Shown here piece after piece: positions 51,912 to 56,526 of a stretch of 56,526 nt of DNA (the first letter of the stretch is position 1; every line of letters starts with the position of its first letter). The DNA lies in IMG/VR virus record IMGVR_UViG_3300040806_002135, positions 1-56,526 of that record. One strand, 5' to 3'. The DNA comes from a virus (lineage: Duplodnaviria > Caudoviricetes). The translations under genes and the position numbers were made by a program. The notes beneath the pieces were generated by a model. It was not told where the DNA came from, searched no databases, and saw nothing but the letters and a program-made list of their open reading frames with translations.

Positions 51912-52874
51912 CTAGACGGCGATGCTCTCCCAGAGTTCTTCGTCGTTCATGTCCTCTGGCCTGCGTTCCTGCTGTCTAGGATTACTGTTCTTGAGCAGAC
52001 CCTGTGCTGCCTTGCGGCGGACAGTGCCTTGCGTTCCTGCTGCTGCTGCTGGCGTTGCTACTGGTGCTGGCTCCGATCTGAACCTTTCCCGCCCCACTGG
52101 GGTGTTGAGAAAGTCGTTCATCACTGCCGCATGATCTGCCGGGTCCATCGATTTGGTCATTGCTGCCAGACGTATCGGTGCAGCCTTGACGTATTCCTCA
52201 AACTCCGGGCTTCTGTCAATGTCCATGTAGTCGTCACCAACGTGCGTTCTCATGTGCGCGGCATGTTGCAGGCGATACTGATTCGCCTTGTACTGCTGTG
52301 CTACCTCTTCCAGCTGGCCGATCCGGTCTTCCGGTATCTCCGGCATCTGGATTCCTTTTGTCGCCTTGGCGATTTCGTGAGCAATCAACTTTCTGTAGGC
52401 TGAAGTCAGTTCTTGGAACTCGTCCAACGTCTGCTTCGTTGTTGGATCAAACCAGTCTTCGTCCAAAGGACTCGGTTCCTTGGGCTTGGCTTCCACAGGA
52501 GTTTCCTCCTTCTGCTTTGCCAACTGGCGCTCCATCTCCAACCGCTCCAGGCGTAACTGCTGAAACTGCTCCCGCAGTTCCTTCGTCTCCTCGTTGCGGC
52601 GGTGGAACTCCTTCTCCAGGTCCTTGTACCGCTTCTCGTAATTATGCTCCTCCTTCCTCTCCTCGGCGGTGGGTTCAGAGGGTGCTTCTACCTCAAAGAC
52701 CTCTGATTCCTCCTCTGCCTCGTCAGTGGCTGTGGGGGATGCATCATCACTTACGTCTTCAACAACCGGGGCCCCTACTTGGTCCCATAACTGATCGTCC
52801 GATAATTCCACCGTCTCTGAAGCTGAGTCCTCAACCATCGATTGAGACAACCCCTGTTCTGTGGATTCTGCCAT
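51912..52874 (-). CDS. Scaffolding protein
   Basis: Acidic N-terminus, YEKRYKDL coiled coil, between portal and MCP. Confidence 0.8.
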   Translation of the reverse strand: MAESTEQGLSQSMVEDSASETVELSDDQLWDQVGAPVVEDVSDDASPTATDEAEEESEVFEVEAPSEPTAEERKEEHNYEKRYKDLEKEFHRRNEETKELREQFQQLRLERLEMERQLAKQKEETPVEAKPKEPSPLDEDWFDPTTKQTLDEFQELTSAYRKLIAHEIAKATKGIQMPEIPEDRIGQLEEVAQQYKANQYRLQHAAHMRTHVGDDYMDIDRSPEFEEYVKAAPIRLAAMTKSMDPADHAAVMNDFLNTPVGRERFRSEPAPVATPAAAAGTQGTVRRKAAQGLLKNSNPRQQERRPEDMNDEELWESIAV

Positions 52875-52919
52875 TGTCTTCCTTGCTCACAAGGTTAGCG
52901 CCTTCTCAAAGTGCCCCAT

Positions 52920-53159
52920 CTATCTGGGATCTGAGTTCTGGCGGACTGCTTGAGGGTTCATCGGCAATTCCAAGATCTCCTTGATTGCCTCCCGATACCC
53001 TTGTAAATGTGAAAAAATAAGCCTTTTGGCTTCACTGTCGATGGTCGCGTTCACCAACTGCTCATCCGTGTCCTTCAACGCTTGGAGTAAATGCTGGTAA
53101 AGCACTTTCCAACCGGGGGACTCCGGTAAGGTGCTGATGAGTCGTGGGTCCATCGGCAA
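52920..53159 (-). CDS. Small post-portal protein (Bbp19-like)
   Basis: SPGW..L, LQG...A...L.LP, typical position. Confidence 0.7.
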   Translation of the reverse strand: MPMDPRLISTLPESPGWKVLYQHLLQALKDTDEQLVNATIDSEAKRLIFSHLQGYREAIKEILELPMNPQAVRQNSDPR

Positions 53160-53163
53160 TTCC

Positions 53164-55506
53164 TTAGTTGACCGTTGGAATGTTTGCTGCCGGTAACTGG
53201 TTCTCTGCGGCCTGCTCCCGCTGCTGCGCCATCATCTCACGGGGATTGTTCTCCCCACCCTGCCGCTGCTGCTGGGCCTCCGAACTGCGCTGCTGCGCTA
53301 GCCGGTTCAACTGCGCTACCTGCGCCTGTCTCATCCTCTCCTGCTCCGCCTGTGCGGCCTGCATCGCCTGTTGCTGGGCCGCCTGGGCCTGCATCGCCTG
53401 TTGCGCCTGCATCTGCATCTGCTGCTGTTGCGCCTGCTTCTGCTGCTCCTCGTTGATCAACATGCTCATTCCGTAATAATCGGGTATCGCCTCGCGTAAT
53501 ACATTCCCCTGCCTCAATAACTCCATCCGCTCCTGAATCTGACTCTGGCGGATGTCCTCACTGGCTGCCTTCTTTTCATCCAAAATGGCCTTCGTCTTTT
53601 CAAATTCGCTGCGTAATTGGAGTTCCTGCTGCAAAGACTGGATCTTCATCTGCTCGGCCTGCTGTGCCTGCTGTGCCTGCTGCTGCATTTGCTGCTGCTG
53701 GTTCTGCTGGACCTCCTGCTCCGATTTGACGATCATCTCCGGGTCCAGATTAAATGCGCGAACCAACGGCTGGACAAAGGCATCGTACCGGATGTAGTTC
53801 TGTAACTGTGGTAACTGGCCGATTGTGCTGAGAAACTGGATCAATTGCGTGTTGTGGACTTCCTTTGCCACATACTGCGTCCAGCCTGTGCAGATCGCCT
53901 CGTAGTCCCCCTTCAAGGAAGAATCACTGCTGTCTACCATGATCCAACGGTAGATCGCCTCAATGTTCCGTGTGATCATGTCACTGATCGAACGGACCAC
54001 GTCTGCCGTTTGCTTGTTCGCGTTGGAATTTAGGATCGACATCCCTGTCGCCGTCCGGGTCTGCGAAGGAGACATGTCCCCATACCCAATCGCTGTCTGA
54101 CCACTGTCGAGATCTGCTTCCCGCTCCAACACCTGGATCAGGTTGAGCAACCCACTTGTCACGTCTGGGATCACAATCGATGCAAACGCATCCTGCACAC
54201 TCATCCCACTGCGGACCTTGAACTGCTTTCCTGCCCGAATCGACTCCAGATCACTGCCACTTTCAAAGGCTGCCGGATTGACCACCGTCATCGGAACTGC
54301 CGATAGTTCCTTGCCCTCGACCAACATCGCATAGGCAAAGTTGATCAGATGCTGTACGTCCCGAATCGCATAGTAGATTCCATCGCCCCAAATGCTCTCC
54401 GGGTTCCGTTGCCAGTAGGCAAAGTCATACGGCTTGCGGCCATCAAACGGGTTGATTGCCATCTTGATGACCTTGTGGCCTACCACATGCGCCACTACGT
54501 CCAATGTCCCCGTAAAGTCATCCTCAATCGGCAAATGCCCCTGCAGGTCCTTCGCGTCCAGCTTTCCCCAGAATTCCAAGACCTCAAACTTCTTCACACG
54601 GTGCGAATTCGTCTCGTCCAACGTCTTCGGATGCTCACTCTGGTCCTGCCCCTCGACACTGCCAATGTCTCCAGAAATCACCTCATCGATGACCTCTGGT
54701 AAAAAACCTTCCTGCGATCTTCCCAACTCCCGTAACTGGATCGATGACAGAAACGAACGCTGGATCACATACTCCGCATCGTCTGCCGATGACGCCTCCG
54801 GTGTCGGAAAGACATTCCAAATGCTGACGTAGTCCACCGATGGAACCAGTTCCGACTCAATCTGACTCTCTACCTGCTCCATGAACTGGCCTGATGCCGG
54901 GTCCATCATTCTGGTCGTCTGGTACACCGGATAGTTCACATACTCCAACATCGGAGACTTTGTGACACAGGTCCCGTACAGACAAAGTTCATGGATGCCG
55001 TCCAACAGGCTGTCCAGGTAATGAGTCTGGTCCAGTACGTCCCGAATCCGGTCCTCCATGTTCTGAGATCGCTGTTTCACGGCGTCCAGTAACTGGTATC
55101 CCTGCAGGCCCTGCTGGACCAGATCCTGTGGCAAGTACCTCGGTTTCCTCGACGGGGTTACCGCAAACGGGATTCTGCCATCGTCAAACAGCAAGGAACC
55201 AATCTTGACCTTTGCCGAATTGACCTTGCGACGGGTCTGGTTGATGAAAATCCCCCGACGGGCCGCTACACTGTCTCCACCCGCACTGTTGATCTTCTCA
55301 GGATACTTCGCCCGATACGCATCGTAGGCGTCCCGCCAGATCAACTCGTTCTCCCGACGGTACTCCTTCGCCTGCTCAAACAAATCCCGAACAACCTTGC
55401 CGATGTCATCCAATGGCGCAGAAATCACCTTGACCTCTACCGCCTCTGGAGTATCCAAGCCCTCCTCGTCTAGAATTTCTTCTGCGTCCTCTGGAAATAC
55501 TGCCAT
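53164..55506 (-). CDS. Portal protein with Q-rich C-terminal barrel
   Basis: 780 aa; YGT.V.K, W..FP.P, IWGDG, TATGMSIL. Confidence 0.9.
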   Translation of the reverse strand: MAVFPEDAEEILDEEGLDTPEAVEVKVISAPLDDIGKVVRDLFEQAKEYRRENELIWRDAYDAYRAKYPEKINSAGGDSVAARRGIFINQTRRKVNSAKVKIGSLLFDDGRIPFAVTPSRKPRYLPQDLVQQGLQGYQLLDAVKQRSQNMEDRIRDVLDQTHYLDSLLDGIHELCLYGTCVTKSPMLEYVNYPVYQTTRMMDPASGQFMEQVESQIESELVPSVDYVSIWNVFPTPEASSADDAEYVIQRSFLSSIQLRELGRSQEGFLPEVIDEVISGDIGSVEGQDQSEHPKTLDETNSHRVKKFEVLEFWGKLDAKDLQGHLPIEDDFTGTLDVVAHVVGHKVIKMAINPFDGRKPYDFAYWQRNPESIWGDGIYYAIRDVQHLINFAYAMLVEGKELSAVPMTVVNPAAFESGSDLESIRAGKQFKVRSGMSVQDAFASIVIPDVTSGLLNLIQVLEREADLDSGQTAIGYGDMSPSQTRTATGMSILNSNANKQTADVVRSISDMITRNIEAIYRWIMVDSSDSSLKGDYEAICTGWTQYVAKEVHNTQLIQFLSTIGQLPQLQNYIRYDAFVQPLVRAFNLDPEMIVKSEQEVQQNQQQQMQQQAQQAQQAEQMKIQSLQQELQLRSEFEKTKAILDEKKAASEDIRQSQIQERMELLRQGNVLREAIPDYYGMSMLINEEQQKQAQQQQMQMQAQQAMQAQAAQQQAMQAAQAEQERMRQAQVAQLNRLAQQRSSEAQQQRQGGENNPREMMAQQREQAAENQLPAANIPTVN

Positions 55507-55745
55507 TACTGCTTCTTCCGGTTCGCTCTTTTGCTGATCACTCGCAAATTGCTCGGCTTGTTGTTTCTTGGGTTTCCATCGCGATGATCGACCTCGCGGG
55601 TGCGGTCCCCCTTCGTAAGGCGTCCCGCTCCCACCATGCGCCGACGGGCCGTGTTCCTTGCGGCACGGGCCTTCTTCTGCTCCGGTTTTGCATGAAACTG
55701 GTCATACTCCCTCCGGTAATTACGGACTCTTGGCTTTTTGCTCAT
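55506..55745 (-). CDS. Small HNH protein
   Basis: RNYRREY, RAARN.ARR, VDHRDGNPRNN..SNLRV.S..ANR. Confidence 0.88.
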   Translation of the reverse strand: MSKKPRVRNYRREYDQFHAKPEQKKARAARNTARRRMVGAGRLTKGDRTREVDHRDGNPRNNKPSNLRVISKRANRKKQ

Positions 55746-55875
55746 CTACGTTCCAACGGTCCTCAATGTGGTAGACCAGCCGCTCCAACAACGCCCGAAT
55801 CTCTACCAGTTCGTCCAACAACGGGTCCATGTCCACTACGATCACGTCGTAGTTTTCTTCGTTCTCTGGACTCAC
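55720..55875 (-). CDS. Small acidic hypothetical protein (51 aa, GTG start)
   Basis: Translated by hand: MSPENEENYDVIVVDMDPLLDELVEIRALLERL...; GTGA overlap. Confidence 0.55.
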   Translation of the reverse strand: MSPENEENYDVIVVDMDPLLDELVEIRALLERLVYHIEDRWNVDEQKAKSP

Positions 55876-55994
55876 TTCTTCTTCATCCCCTTCTTGGCCT
55901 TCATCATCATCATCTGCTTCTGCATCGCCGGAGACATCTTCTTTGCCGACTTCCCTGCAGGCTTCTTCATCATTTTGCTCTTGCTTCCGTACAT
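55872..55994 (-). CDS. Lys/Met-rich micro-protein (40 aa)
   Basis: MYGSKSKMMKKPAGKSAKKMSPAMQKQMMMMKAKKGMKKK; AGGAG RBS upstream. Confidence 0.65.
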   Translation of the reverse strand: MYGSKSKMMKKPAGKSAKKMSPAMQKQMMMMKAKKGMKKK

Positions 55995-56116
55995 ACCCTT
56001 CTACTCCTACGAGAGTTGGTGTTGATGGTTACCTGGCTGGGGTGCAACACCCACAGGCTCCTATGTCCAGCGTCCTCAAGGCGTAGCCCTTGCTGGTTTG
56101 CTGACGAGGTTTCTTC

Positions 56117-56434
56117 CTATTGCCATACTTCATCTGTCTTCCTCTGCCGACTCCGTCGTTGTTCCGACCGTGCGAAAGTCCCGTCCCTCCATTGCCGCTT
56201 CATCCGCTCCGATACCATCTCCGACTTCAAACACCCGCAGGAACGGGATCTCCCACTCCGTAATACCTTGCCCTGCGTTCTCGCCTTGTATCCGCAATCA
56301 CAAACGCAGAACCACATCGCCTGACCCCACTCGTTGTCCTCTGCACGGTACTGCACCGTCCAACGGCCAAACCTTCTGCCCGATAAGTCCTCGTAGTTTC
56401 CCCAACCACGACGCCCCGATTTCCAACTACCCAT
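56117..56434 (-). CDS. Stand-alone Zn-ribbon domain of the type found N-terminal to HNH/AP2 endonucleases
   Basis: DLSGRRFGRWTV...W.C.CDCG...LRSG.S.SCGC; no nuclease domain follows. Confidence 0.75.
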   Translation of the reverse strand: MGSWKSGRRGWGNYEDLSGRRFGRWTVQYRAEDNEWGQAMWFCVCDCGYKARTQGKVLRSGRSRSCGCLKSEMVSERMKRQWRDGTFARSEQRRSRQRKTDEVWQ

Positions 56435-56526
56435 GTCTCTTCTTCCTGCGTCGTTTGCCCCTGGGGGTTCCCCCACCAGCCCACCGTACCGGCGTCGGCG
56501 TTGGCGGCGGCGGTACACTGGGACTG

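Noticed and set aside
1-56526. Stop-codon reassignment or a phage-encoded RNA/DNA polymerase
   Set aside because: Genes are full length in the standard code using all three stops; no T7/N4-type RNA polymerase or family A/B DNA polymerase motifs were seen.

Overview
The window is a near-complete temperate podovirus-like phage genome (N4-gp56-type major capsid, P22/T7-like tail and ejection genes, tail-fibre repertoire resembling marine phages). It has no host genes and lacks a large terminase, so about 1.5-2 kb is probably missing between the two ends. Layout: terS (-); a near-consensus sigma70 promoter (660-689) driving a structured leader and an array of small early genes (GP88-like protein, C5 methyltransferase); a serine recombinase (+) converging on a tyrosine integrase (-) across an AT-rich, repeat-rich spacer; a CI-like repressor and switch region; a replication/recombination module (+) with Cas4/RecB-like nuclease, Sak4-like ATPase, SSB, ParB-like protein, dCTP deaminase and primase-polymerase/helicase; a tRNA-Phe 3'-half attP with flanking repeats; and about 37 kb of (-) strand virion and lysis genes including a 2540-aa LPD38-type protein. 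The most notable signal is a set of six intergenic elements in the early region with divergent sequence but one two-state fold (a long imperfect stem starting at the upstream stop codon, whose 3' strand can refold into a hairpin just before an AACAAC enhancer and CTGGAGG RBS). Other signals: a TAGAC-based operator motif shared by distant control regions, an attP about 10 kb from its integrase, candidate ncRNAs, and a cleanly split tail-fibre gene. All protein calls come from motif recognition by eye; no database search or folding program was run.
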